Assembly (NCBI RefSeq): GCF_021246445.1
Contig: NZ_JAJQXW010000002.1
Location: 744,001-808,000 of the forward strand
DNA: 64,000 nucleotides
From: Rhabdothermincola salaria
GTDB taxonomy: Bacteria; Actinomycetota; Acidimicrobiia; Acidimicrobiales; Acidimicrobilacustridaceae
Direction of reading: 5' to 3'
The position numbers were made by a program, and so were the translations under genes. Each line of letters starts with the position of its first letter. The stretch's first letter is position 1. Under the pieces are notes generated by a model that saw only the letters and a program-made list of their open reading frames with translations, did no database searches and was not told the DNA's origin. Below are positions 41,539 through 50,952 of the stretch, piece after piece.

Positions 41539-43326
41539 ATGAGCCACGACGACGTCACCACGGGAACCGCCACGCTCGAGCAGGTGCGTGAGAAGTACCG
41601 GATCGAGCGCGACAAGCGCCTCAAGGCCGAAGGGCTCGACCAGTACGCCGACCTGCGAGAGATCGACGAGAAGTACGACCGCGACCCCTACGTCGAGCCG
41701 GGGTTCACCCGTGATCCCGTCGTCGAGGAGACCGAGGCGGTCATCGTCGGCGGTGGCTTCGGCGGCATGCTCGCCGGGATCAACCTCACCAAGGCCGGCA
41801 TCACCGACTTCCGGATCGTCGAGAAGGCCGGCGACTTCGGCGGCACCTGGTACTGGAACCGGTACCCGGGGGCAGCCTGCGACGTCGAGTCCTACGTCTA
41901 CCTCCCGTTGTTGGAGGAGACGGGCTACATGCCCACCGAGAAGTACGCCAAGGCCCCCGAGATCTTCGCCTACTGCCAGCTGCTCGGACGCACCTTCGAC
42001 CTGTACCGCGGGGCGCTCTTCCAGACCGAGATCACCGACGCCGAATGGGACGACGAGGCCCAGCGTTGGCAGGTCCGCACCACCCGGGGCGACCAGCTGT
42101 CGGCCAAGTTCCTGGTCATCGCCGGCGGCGTCCTCCACAAGGCCAAGCTGCCCCGCATCGCGGGCATCGAGACCTACGAGGGCAAGGCCTTCCACACCAG
42201 CCGGTGGGACTACGCCTACACGGGCGGCAGCGCCTTCGAACCGATGGTGAACCTCGCCGACAAGCGGGTCGGCATCATCGGCACCGGCGCCACCTCCGTG
42301 CAGGTCGTGCCCAAGCTCGCCGAGTCGGCCAAGGAGGTGTACGTCTTCCAGCGCACGCCGTCCACCGTCGGCTGGCGGGGCAACAAGCCCACCGACGAGG
42401 AGTGGTTCAAGAGCCTCGAACCAGGTTGGCAGTGGGAGCGCATCGAGAACTTCACCCGTTGCGTCACCGGCGCCCAACCCGACGAGAACATGGTCCAGGA
42501 CGCGTGGACAGAGATGATGTGGGTGGACACCAAGACCTTCCCCCAGACCGAGGAGGAGGCCGCCGAGCTCGAGCGCATCGACTTCGAGAACATGGAGGGC
42601 ATCCGCCGCCGGATCGAGGAGATCGTCGACGACCCGGAGACGGCGGAGAAGCTCAAGCCCTGGTACGGGCAGAACTGCAAGCGCCCGTGCTTCCACGACG
42701 AGTACCTGCCCTCGTTCAACCGTCCCAACGTGCACCTCGTCGACACCGACGGGCGCGGCGTCGAGCGCATCACGCCGCAGGGCCCGGTGGTCGACGGCGT
42801 CGAGTACCCGGTCGACCTGTTGATCTACGCCTCCGGCTTCGAGGTCACCACCGACTACAACCATCGCCTCGGCTTCGACCCCAAGGGCCGCGACGGCCTG
42901 CCCATGAGCGAGGCCTGGGCCGATGGGCCCCACACCCTCCACGGCGTGCTGGCCCACGGGTTCCCCAACCTCATGATGATCAGCACCGTGCAGGGTGGGT
43001 TCGGCACCAACTTCGTGCACTACCTCTGGGAGACGTCGGCCCACGTGGCCGAGCTCATCTCACAGTGCGAGAAGGAGGGCATCGCCACCGTCGAGGCCAC
43101 CAGGGAGGCCGAGGAGGAGTGGCTCCAGGTGCTCTACGGCACGGTGGCCGGCGTGGCTCGGTACAACGCCACCTGCACGCCCGGCTACCTCAACTCCGAA
43201 CAGTCGATGAACGAGAAGTCGGCCCGCAACCTCGCCTACCTGGGCAGCATCATCGACTACGCCGCCCACCTGAAGGCGTGGCGCAACCAGGGTGATCTCG
43301 AAGGGGTCGAGGTCACCCGACCCTGA
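41539..43326 (+). CDS. Baeyer-Villiger monooxygenase (type I)
   Basis: [17 protein letters not shown], fingerprint variant [27 protein letters not shown]. Confidence 0.93.
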   Translation: MSHDDVTTGTATLEQVREKYRIERDKRLKAEGLDQYADLREIDEKYDRDPYVEPGFTRDPVVEETEAVIVGGGFGGMLAGINLTKAGITDFRIVEKAGDFGGTWYWNRYPGAACDVESYVYLPLLEETGYMPTEKYAKAPEIFAYCQLLGRTFDLYRGALFQTEITDAEWDDEAQRWQVRTTRGDQLSAKFLVIAGGVLHKAKLPRIAGIETYEGKAFHTSRWDYAYTGGSAFEPMVNLADKRVGIIGTGATSVQVVPKLAESAKEVYVFQRTPSTVGWRGNKPTDEEWFKSLEPGWQWERIENFTRCVTGAQPDENMVQDAWTEMMWVDTKTFPQTEEEAAELERIDFENMEGIRRRIEEIVDDPETAEKLKPWYGQNCKRPCFHDEYLPSFNRPNVHLVDTDGRGVERITPQGPVVDGVEYPVDLLIYASGFEVTTDYNHRLGFDPKGRDGLPMSEAWADGPHTLHGVLAHGFPNLMMISTVQGGFGTNFVHYLWETSAHVAELISQCEKEGIATVEATREAEEEWLQVLYGTVAGVARYNATCTPGYLNSEQSMNEKSARNLAYLGSIIDYAAHLKAWRNQGDLEGVEVTRP

Positions 43327-43386
43327 CCCGGCCGGAGCCGGCCCGGGCACGACCGACGTCGTGCCCCGGCCGGGTGCCGGTGGCGA

Positions 43387-45120
43387 TCAGTGGCTGGCGC
43401 GCACCAGACGGCCGGGGCGGGCGCCCGTGTCGTGGCCGTCGCGGCGGGTGATCACACCGAGGACGATGGTGGCCACGTAGCCGGTGGCGTCCTGGAGGAT
43501 GCGGCGACCGCCAGCCGGGAGGTCGTCGACCGAACGGGGCGGGTGCAGCGTGAGGTGCTCGAAGTCGATGACGTTGAGGTCGGCGCGCTTGCCCACCTCG
43601 ATGGTGCCCCGGTCGGTGAGGCCCACCACGGCGGCGGTGCCGGCCGCCTGCTTGTTGACCACGGTCTCGAGCGAGAGGGTGCGGCCACGCGAACGGTCTC
43701 GGGCCCAGTGGGTGAGCAGGTAGGTGGGCGCCGAGGCGTCGCAGATCATCTTCACGTGGGCGCCACCGTCGGACAGCCCGATGACCGTGTCGGGGTGCTC
43801 GATCATGGCCTCGAGCGGGTCCTGGGTCTGCTGGGCGTAGTTGGTGAACGCGCCGAGGAGCAGCTCGCCGGCGGCGAGGTGGTCGTAGAGGACGTCCCAC
43901 GGGTCGCGGCCGGTGGCCTCGGCGATGCCCGCGATCGACTGCTCGTGGGTGGGCTCGTACTCGGGCGGATCGCCCAACGGGAACATGAGCCCGAACATGA
44001 ACGGGGCGCTCTCGGTGAGGCTCTCGAACTGGCGGTGGGGATCGGCCGGGAGGTCGGTCTCGGAGAGGATGGTGGCCTTCACCTCGGGCTTGCGCATCTC
44101 GGCGAGGAGCTCGTCCAAGGTGAGCTCCTCCTCGAGGCGGCGGAAGGTGGGCCGGCGCATGAGGGCGTGGTAGCTGGCCACGCCGAGCAGCATGCCGCCG
44201 GGCCGGGCCGCCACCTGGGGGATGAGGCGGGCGCCGTCGGCCACGGCCTTCTCGACGGCCTCCAGCTGCTCGCGCCACAGCTCCGGAGCGCCCATCGACT
44301 GGATCATCAGGAACGACACCGGAAGACCGGTGGCCTTGGAGACCTGGGCCAGCAGCTCGATCTCGCCGAGGGTGACGCCCGCGTCGTCGCCCGTCTCGCC
44401 GGTGGGAACCACCTCGAACAGGCCGCCGCCGGCGTCGACCACGGCCTGGGCCAGCCCGATGAGCTCGTCGGCCACCGCGAACGTGCCGGGCACCAGATCC
44501 CCGTCGAGGGTGGTGTGGTTGAGCGAGCGCGAGGTCGAGAAGCCGACCGCCCCGGCCTCGATGGCGCGGCGCACGTGGCCCGCCATCTCGGCGATGTCGT
44601 CCGCGGTCGCCGGCTCGTTGGCGGCGCCCCGTTCGCCCATCACGTACACCCGCAGCGGGGCGTGGGGGATGAAGGCGGCGATGTCGAGGGCGTACTCGCG
44701 CCGATCGAGGGCGTCGAGGTACTGCTCGAAGGTCTCCCACTCCCACTGGATGCCCTCGTGCAGGGCCGTGCCGGGGATGTCCTCGACACCTTCCATGAGC
44801 TCGACCAGCCAGTTCTCCTGGCCCGGGCGCACGGGGGCGAAGCCCACGCCGCAGTTGCCGGCCACGACGGTGGTGACCCCGTGGCTGGCCGACGGGTCGA
44901 GCACCGGGTCCCAGGTGGCCTGGCCGTCGTAGTGGGTGTGGATGTCGACGAACCCGGGGGTGACGAGCAGCCCGGTGGCGTCCATCGTCTCGGTGGCCTC
45001 GCCCTCGAGATCGGGACCGACCGCGGCGATGAGCCCGTCGGTGATGCCCACATCGCCGACGAAGCGGGGCTGGCCCGTACCGTCGACGATCGTTCCCCCG
45101 CTGATCTTCAGATCGAACAT
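43387..45120 (-). CDS. N-acyl-D-amino-acid deacylase family amidohydrolase
   Basis: PGFVDIHTHYD, GNCGVGFAP, SDGGAH, DRG...G.RAD. Confidence 0.92.
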   Translation of the reverse strand: MFDLKISGGTIVDGTGQPRFVGDVGITDGLIAAVGPDLEGEATETMDATGLLVTPGFVDIHTHYDGQATWDPVLDPSASHGVTTVVAGNCGVGFAPVRPGQENWLVELMEGVEDIPGTALHEGIQWEWETFEQYLDALDRREYALDIAAFIPHAPLRVYVMGERGAANEPATADDIAEMAGHVRRAIEAGAVGFSTSRSLNHTTLDGDLVPGTFAVADELIGLAQAVVDAGGGLFEVVPTGETGDDAGVTLGEIELLAQVSKATGLPVSFLMIQSMGAPELWREQLEAVEKAVADGARLIPQVAARPGGMLLGVASYHALMRRPTFRRLEEELTLDELLAEMRKPEVKATILSETDLPADPHRQFESLTESAPFMFGLMFPLGDPPEYEPTHEQSIAGIAEATGRDPWDVLYDHLAAGELLLGAFTNYAQQTQDPLEAMIEHPDTVIGLSDGGAHVKMICDASAPTYLLTHWARDRSRGRTLSLETVVNKQAAGTAAVVGLTDRGTIEVGKRADLNVIDFEHLTLHPPRSVDDLPAGGRRILQDATGYVATIVLGVITRRDGHDTGARPGRLVRASH

Positions 45121-45204
45121 GTCACAACGTTACAGGGGTCGGTCTCTCCCCGCCCGGGCGCGGTCGGCGCGCCGATGACGACGGTGGGCCACCATGGTCG
45201 GGTC

Positions 45205-46641
45205 ATGCGTCGAATCCACTGGGTGCCCATTCTCCGACCCTTCCTCCTCGTCGTGCTCGGGTCGGCCGTGCTGGCGGGGTGCACCTCCGGTGGGGACGGT
45301 GTGGCGGCGGACCGGGCCGACGACGCCGGCGCGCCGCTCACCTTCGCCGGTGACGTGGGCCTCCTGCACCACACCGACGACGGCCGGGTCGTGCTGCACC
45401 TGCGCACCGGGCCGGAGGTCGCGATGGCCCCGGCGACCAGCGGCGACGCCGACGAGGCGAGCCCGGTACGCCCCCAGGACCTGGTGGGGCGGTGGGCCGA
45501 GACCGAGAACGACATGGGCGCCCCCGACGCCGTCGTCACCCTGCGCGCCGCCGAGGTGGCCTTCGAGCTGGACGACGCCGAGCTCGAGGCTCACGACGAG
45601 GGCTCGGTGTGGGTGTCGGGCGAGCCCGTCGGCGAGCCTCCGCCCGCCACCTTCGACGACTGGTCGCTCTCGGTGGTGCCCGAGGACGAGGGCGCCGTGG
45701 CCGTGCCGGCCGCTCGCGACCTCGGCGGGCCGGTGCTCGACCGCGAGGACGACGAGGTGGCGTCGGCCTTGCGAGCGGCGCCGCCGACGCCCTCGATCCT
45801 GGGCGTGGGCCTCGCCGGCGAGCCCGAGCCCCCGTCGCGGTTCGTGGCCGACCTCGAGGTCCTCCTTCCGTCCGATGGCCGCTACGAGGTCGACGTCAAC
45901 ACCCCCGGTGTCGCCGACGCCCGCCCGCTCGTCGTGGTGGCCGAGGCGTCCGCCGGCGGGGCTCGGCTGGTCGACGCCGACCCAGCCGAGGCCGTGCGGC
46001 TGGTCGACCAGCAGCCGGAGGGCGAAGGGGTGCGCGTCACCGTCGCCGCCGGCCCGTTCGACATCGGCTCGGTGACCCGGGTCTCCGCCCAGGTCCGCCG
46101 CCTCGAGGGTGAGGGCGTCGAACGTCGGTGGGAGACCGAGCTCGGCTGCGTGCCCCCGGGCGGTGAGGTCAGGTGGCGCGGCTCCGGGACCGACGAGGTG
46201 AAGGCGGCACCCTGTCCGGATCCGTACGGCTGGGTCGTGTCCGTCCCGGTGCTGCCCTCGCTGCGCCCCGACCCGGCGTCCGTCGTCGCCGCCGCCGGGT
46301 TCGACGAGCCCGCGCCGTTGGTCACCCGCATCGAGCGTCTCGCCGCCGTCACGGGCGCGGGTCCCGAGTCCACCGTGCCCCGGCGGATCCGCATCAGCGT
46401 CCAGGCCGAGTTCGACATCGTCCGTGACGCTCCGGGGGTGCCACCGGTGACGGTGCCGGTGGTGCTGATCGACGCCGACGCCGGTGACCTCGACCCCGGG
46501 GCCGTCGCCGCGGCGATCGAGGCCTGGGTCGACCGCAGCGGCGTCGACGTGGCGCGCCTGCGCCTCGACGTGACGGTCAGCTCCACCGATCCGCTGGCCA
46601 CCCTGCTGGTCGTGCGCGGCGTCGAGCTCCCCTGGGGCTGA
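45205..46641 (+). CDS. Hypothetical lipoprotein
   Basis: Signal peptide with lipobox LAGC; beta-rich acidic sequence; no family recognised. Confidence 0.7.
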   Translation: MRRIHWVPILRPFLLVVLGSAVLAGCTSGGDGVAADRADDAGAPLTFAGDVGLLHHTDDGRVVLHLRTGPEVAMAPATSGDADEASPVRPQDLVGRWAETENDMGAPDAVVTLRAAEVAFELDDAELEAHDEGSVWVSGEPVGEPPPATFDDWSLSVVPEDEGAVAVPAARDLGGPVLDREDDEVASALRAAPPTPSILGVGLAGEPEPPSRFVADLEVLLPSDGRYEVDVNTPGVADARPLVVVAEASAGGARLVDADPAEAVRLVDQQPEGEGVRVTVAAGPFDIGSVTRVSAQVRRLEGEGVERRWETELGCVPPGGEVRWRGSGTDEVKAAPCPDPYGWVVSVPVLPSLRPDPASVVAAAGFDEPAPLVTRIERLAAVTGAGPESTVPRRIRISVQAEFDIVRDAPGVPPVTVPVVLIDADAGDLDPGAVAAAIEAWVDRSGVDVARLRLDVTVSSTDPLATLLVVRGVELPWG

Positions 46642-46802
46642 CCGTCCGGGCCCGGTGGCCGCCGTCGCGTTCCGAGCCGGCCCCGTCGCCGACCCGTGGC
46701 CGCAGCCGTGAGCACAGGCGTGTGGGGCACGGCAGACTACGGCGCGGGCGCCCCCGATCACCGGGGACCGACGACCGCCACGACGAGAGGACGACCGCTG
46801 CG

Positions 46803-47087
46803 ATGATCCGCCTGAGCGTGCTGTACCCCAAGACCGACGGGGCCACCTTCGACCACGACTACTACCGCGACAGCCACGTGCCGCTGGCCCTGGCCAAGTG
46901 GGGGCTCGAGTCCGCCGACATCGACAAGGGCATCGACGGTCCCTACGAAGCCGCCGTCCACTTCACGTTCGAGTCGATGGAGGCCATGGGGGCCGCTCTG
47001 GGTGGTGAAGGCACCGCCGAGGTCCAGGGCGACGTGCCCAACTACACGACGATCGCCCCGGTGATGCAGATCAGCGAGATCGTCTGA
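46803..47087 (+). CDS. EthD family protein
   Basis: MIRLSVLYP, FDHDYY...HVPL, DVPNYT...P..QISE. Confidence 0.88.
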   Translation: MIRLSVLYPKTDGATFDHDYYRDSHVPLALAKWGLESADIDKGIDGPYEAAVHFTFESMEAMGAALGGEGTAEVQGDVPNYTTIAPVMQISEIV

Positions 47088-47097
47088 TCGGGTCCCG

Positions 47098-47559
47098 GTG
47101 AGCCGACTCCAGGAGGTCGCCGAGCGCGACGGTTGGCGGTGCTGGCTCTGCGACGAGCCCGTCGACCCCGACATGTCGGTCAACGACCCACGCGGTCCGA
47201 GCATCGACAGCCTCACCACCCGGGCCAAGAGCAAGGCCAAGGCCAAGAACCGGGCCGAGGGCGGCGAGGAGCGGCTGGCTCACCGGGGCTGCAACACCCG
47301 CAAGGGGGCGGTGGCGGCGGTCGTGCCCTGGTCCGTCGCGCTCTTCCTCGTGGAGCCGGCGCCGATCCTCGCCGCCGTGGAGCGCCTCGAGCGCAAGGGC
47401 GGCCGCGAGGTCGTGGCCCGCTGCCCCAGCCAGGCCGACGGCGCCGCCGCCGCGGCCTGGCTGGTGGACCGGCTCTCCCGGCTGCGTCCGGGCTGGCCGG
47501 TCATCGCCGAGGTGCAGCCCGGAGGCGGTCAGTTCCTCCTCGTGCTGAGGACGCCGTAG
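47098..47559 (+). CDS. HNH/McrA-like Zn-finger protein, probably catalytically degenerate
   Basis: RDGWRCWLC...SIDS (DH expected)...LAHRGCNTRKG, plus an extra C-terminal domain. Confidence 0.7.
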   Translation: MSRLQEVAERDGWRCWLCDEPVDPDMSVNDPRGPSIDSLTTRAKSKAKAKNRAEGGEERLAHRGCNTRKGAVAAVVPWSVALFLVEPAPILAAVERLERKGGREVVARCPSQADGAAAAAWLVDRLSRLRPGWPVIAEVQPGGGQFLLVLRTP

Positions 47560-47583
47560 GTCGCGCCGATACCGTCGACGCCC

Positions 47584-49227
47584 ATGACCGTCGCCGCGTC
47601 CAACGACGAGACGGCCGCAGGTGGGACCATCACCGACCTCGACCGCCTCGGCTTCGACAACCGCTTCGTGCGCGAGCTCCCCGCCGACCCGGACCCCGAG
47701 AACCGGCGGCGCCAGGTGTACGGCGCGGCCTACTCCCTGGTCACCCCCACGCCCGTCGCCGCGCCCCACACCCTGGTCTGGTCCCCCGAGGTCGCCGCCC
47801 AGCTCGGGCTGGCGCCCGAGCTGTGCGAGTCCCAGGACTTCGCCGAGGTGTTCTCCGGCAACCGGGTGCCGGCAGGGGCGGAGCCCTTCGCCCAGGCCTA
47901 CGCCGGGCACCAGTTCGGCAGCTGGGCCGGTCAGCTCGGTGACGGTCGGGCCATCGGTCTCGGTGAGGTGGTCGACATCAGCGGTCGTCACCAGACCCTG
48001 CAGCTGAAGGGTGCCGGGCCCACCCCGTACTCGCGCACGGCCGACGGCCGGGCCGTGCTGCGCTCGTCGCTGCGCGAGTACGTGTGCAGCGAGGCCATGG
48101 CCCACCTCGGCATCCCCACCACCCGAGCGCTCTCCCTCGTCGTCACGGGTGAGACGGTGGTGCGCGACATGCTCTACGACGGGAACCCCCGCCCGGAGCC
48201 GGGCGCGGTGGTCTGCCGGGTGGCGCCGTCGTTCGCCCGGTTCGGCACGTTCCAGCTGGCGGCGTCGCGCAACGAGATCGATCTGCTGCGCCAGCTGGTC
48301 GAGTTCACGGTGCGCAACGACTTCCCCGAGCTCGCCGAGGACTGGGGCGCCACCCCGGAGCAGTACGTGCCGGCGTTGCTGGCCGAGGTGTGCGACCGCA
48401 CCGCGTCGTTGGTCGTCGACTGGATGCGGGTCGGCTTCGTCCACGGCGTGCTGAACACCGACAACATGTCGATCCTGGGGTTGACCATCGACTACGGCCC
48501 TTACGGCTGGCTCGAGGACTTCGACCCCGGCTGGACCCCCAACACCACCGATGCCGGCATGCGCCGGTACCGGTTCGGGGCCCAGCCCCAGGTGGTGCAC
48601 TGGAACCTGCTGCAGCTGGCCAACGCCCTGGCCAACCTGGTCGACGACCCCGGGTCGCTCCAGGATGCCATCGACGGCTACGCCCGGTCCTACAACGATC
48701 GCTTCCGCACCATGACCGTGGCTCGCCTCGGGTGGGGTGAGCCGACCGACGGCGACGACGCCCTGCTCGACGGCCTGTGGTCGGTGCTGGTCAGTGCCGA
48801 GATCGATCAGGTCCGCTTCCACCGCGACCTGGCCGATGTGCCCGTCGACCCCGCCGTCACCGACGACGAGCTCCTCGCGCCGCTCGCCGCCGCCTGGTAC
48901 CAACCCGAGCAGCTGACCGGTGACGTCCGCTCGGCGCTGGTCACCTGGCTCCGCGACTGGGCGGGTCGCGCCGCGGCGAGCGGCCTCGGGGAGGGGGAGC
49001 GGCGGGCCGCCATGGACCGGCTCAACCCCCTCTACGTGCCTCGCAACTACCTGGCCCAGCAGGCGATCGATGCCGCCGAGCAGGGCGACCTGGCCGAGCT
49101 GCACGAGCTGCTCGAGGTGCTGCGCCGCCCCTACGACGACCAGCCCGGCAAGGAGCGCTTCGCCGAGCGTCGGCCGGACTGGGCCCGGACCCGGGTCGGG
49201 TGCTCCCAGCTCTCCTGCAGCAGCTGA
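47584..49227 (+). CDS. selO: Protein adenylyltransferase SelO/YdiU
   Basis: YAGHQFG, GQLGDGRA, LKGAGPTPYSR, GFVHGVLNTDN, IDYGPYG, C-terminal CSQLSCSS. Confidence 0.95.
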   Translation: MTVAASNDETAAGGTITDLDRLGFDNRFVRELPADPDPENRRRQVYGAAYSLVTPTPVAAPHTLVWSPEVAAQLGLAPELCESQDFAEVFSGNRVPAGAEPFAQAYAGHQFGSWAGQLGDGRAIGLGEVVDISGRHQTLQLKGAGPTPYSRTADGRAVLRSSLREYVCSEAMAHLGIPTTRALSLVVTGETVVRDMLYDGNPRPEPGAVVCRVAPSFARFGTFQLAASRNEIDLLRQLVEFTVRNDFPELAEDWGATPEQYVPALLAEVCDRTASLVVDWMRVGFVHGVLNTDNMSILGLTIDYGPYGWLEDFDPGWTPNTTDAGMRRYRFGAQPQVVHWNLLQLANALANLVDDPGSLQDAIDGYARSYNDRFRTMTVARLGWGEPTDGDDALLDGLWSVLVSAEIDQVRFHRDLADVPVDPAVTDDELLAPLAAAWYQPEQLTGDVRSALVTWLRDWAGRAAASGLGEGERRAAMDRLNPLYVPRNYLAQQAIDAAEQGDLAELHELLEVLRRPYDDQPGKERFAERRPDWARTRVGCSQLSCSS

Positions 49228-49265
49228 CCCCGGGTCGCCGTCCGGCGGAGCGCCGTGCCGACCTG

Positions 49266-49673
49266 TCAGGCGAGGGGACGGGCCACGCTGAGCTCGTGCC
49301 CCGCCGGGTCGAGGACGTGGAAGTAGCGCTCCCCCCAGGGGGCATCGGCGGGGGTCGTCGACGGCCGATAGCCGGCGGCCACCGCTCGGTCGTGGATGGC
49401 ATCGACATCGTCGACCCACACGATGGTGCGCCCCCAGACCCGGGCCGGAGGGGCCCACTCGGGGTCGAGCTGGAGGTTGAGATAGGAGGTCGCCCCGACG
49501 TGGTAGCTGGTGAAGTCGGTGTCGGGACCTCCGTAGGCCCTCACGAAGCCCAGAGCGTCGTAGAAGGCCACCGACGAGGCCATGTCGGCCGTGGCCAGCG
49601 TGACCGCCGACAGCGATCGCACCGGGCCCGCGCCGCCGCCGGTGTCGTCCTCGCCGCTGCCCGTGCTCGCCAT
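49266..49673 (-). CDS. VOC / glyoxalase family protein
   Basis: VTLATADM..SVAFY, DAPWGERYFHVLDPAGHE. Confidence 0.88.
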   Translation of the reverse strand: MASTGSGEDDTGGGAGPVRSLSAVTLATADMASSVAFYDALGFVRAYGGPDTDFTSYHVGATSYLNLQLDPEWAPPARVWGRTIVWVDDVDAIHDRAVAAGYRPSTTPADAPWGERYFHVLDPAGHELSVARPLA

Positions 49674-49808
49674 GGCTCCACCCTGGCACACCCGGCGCGG
49701 CCGGGAGGTCCTCCCCGATGCCGTGCGGCCCTGGGTCTCGACGCCGACCGCGCCGCCGACCCGGCCGCCGGCTTTCGGGGGTGGTGGCCCCTTCGGTAGC
49801 GTCGCCGG

Positions 49809-50513
49809 GTGCCCCTCGCCGACCCCTTGCGCCATGCCGTGGATCGAGTGGCTTCGGCAGCGGTCCAGGGTGGGTGGCGCGTCGCCCGTCGGTTCGGCAA
49901 GACCAAGGCCGGCTCCCCCGGGGCGCGGCGTTTCGGCGCGTTCGGCGACGGCAGCTCGTTGGCGTTCCCGCCCGGCGAGGTGATCGGCCCGCAGGCCATC
50001 CGCATCGGGGCCCGATGCGCCATCGGGGCCGAGGTCACGTTGGCGGCCGGCTTCCCGGACCAGGTCTTCCCTCCGGTCTGCGACCCGGTCATCACGTTGG
50101 GGGACCGGGTGACGATCGGTCGGGGCGGCTTCGTGGTCGGGTTGGCGTCGATCCACCTCGAGGACGACGTGACCATCGCGCCCAACGTCTACATCACCGA
50201 CCACAACCACACCTACACCGACCTGTGGCTGCCCATCGGCGAGCAGTGGCCCGAGCAGGCCGATGTCCGCATCGGCGCCGGCAGCTGGCTGGGCACCGGT
50301 GTCATCGTGCTGCCCGGGGCGCAGATCGGTCGCCACGTCACCGTGGCCGGGGGAGCCGTCGTGCGCGGGGTGGTCCCCGACCACTGCGTGGTCGCCGGAG
50401 CCCCGGCCCGGGTGGTGCGGCGCTGGACCGAGGCGGACGGGTGGGTGCCCCCGCTCGCCCGAGAGGTCGAGGTGCCGCCGGGCTGGCCGGTGGGCGTGCC
50501 GCCCGAGCGCTGA
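49809..50513 (+). CDS. Hexapeptide-repeat (LbH) acyltransferase
   Basis: YITDHNH, VRIGAGSWLG, AGGAVV, AGAPARV. Confidence 0.88.
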   Translation: MPLADPLRHAVDRVASAAVQGGWRVARRFGKTKAGSPGARRFGAFGDGSSLAFPPGEVIGPQAIRIGARCAIGAEVTLAAGFPDQVFPPVCDPVITLGDRVTIGRGGFVVGLASIHLEDDVTIAPNVYITDHNHTYTDLWLPIGEQWPEQADVRIGAGSWLGTGVIVLPGAQIGRHVTVAGGAVVRGVVPDHCVVAGAPARVVRRWTEADGWVPPLAREVEVPPGWPVGVPPER

Positions 50514-50552
50514 GCCCTCCCGGCGACCGGGCCCGACCCGGCACGCGGGCCG

Positions 50553-50596
50553 ACCCAGATGAGAGTGTTCTCATCTGGGTCTCATCACCCCTTCCC
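50553..50596. promoter_or_regulatory. 12-bp inverted repeat plus 11-bp-phased TCTCAT direct repeats (OmpR/MprA-type boxes), site 1
   Basis: ACCCAGATGAGA-GTGT-TCTCATCTGGGT; TCTCAT at 50569 and 50580; CAGGAT 7 nt before ATG 50620. Confidence 0.65.
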
Positions 50597-50619
50597 ACCC
50601 GGCCGCCAGGATCGCCCAG

Positions 50620-50952
50620 ATGTCCCGTCTCGCTGCCGTCGCCGTCGCGTTGGTCGTGGCCCTCGTGGTCGGCGCGCTCACCATCGTCGCCGGACGGGCC
50701 CTCGTGGGGGATCCGGCCCCGGCCGTGGAGCCCATCCACCTGAGCACCACGACCACGGCCCCGCCTCCCCCCGAGGCTGAGGCCGCGCCGCCGCCCACCG
50801 AGCCACCTGCGCCCGTGGCGCCGCCGGCCCCGGCCCCCGCTCCCGCCCCTGCGCCGCTACCGCTGCCGGCCTTCCCCAGCGGCGACGACGACGACTTCGA
50901 CGACGACTTCGACGACGACTTCGACGACGACGGGGATGACGGCGATGACTGA
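50620..50952 (+). CDS. Small exported or membrane-anchored Pro-rich protein with poly-Asp/Phe tail
   Basis: N-terminal hydrophobic helix, Pro/Ala stalk, tail DDDDFDDDFDDDFDDDGDDGDD; stop overlaps kinase start. Confidence 0.75.
   Translation: MSRLAAVAVALVVALVVGALTIVAGRALVGDPAPAVEPIHLSTTTTAPPPPEAEAAPPPTEPPAPVAPPAPAPAPAPAPLPLPAFPSGDDDDFDDDFDDDFDDDGDDGDD

Noticed and set aside
43390..45204. N-terminal 605 codons of the 1083-aa ORF
   Set aside because: Antisense to the D-aminoacylase; the real gene begins at ATG 45205 with a signal peptide.
47098..47559. Active homing or restriction HNH endonuclease / mobile element
   Set aside because: Catalytic His appears replaced by Ser; no methylase, intron or terminal repeats nearby.
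49198..49260. Selenocysteine read-through at the selO TGA
   Set aside because: The position equivalent to Sec is already Cys (LSCSS) and TGA follows the conserved terminus; no SECIS evidence.
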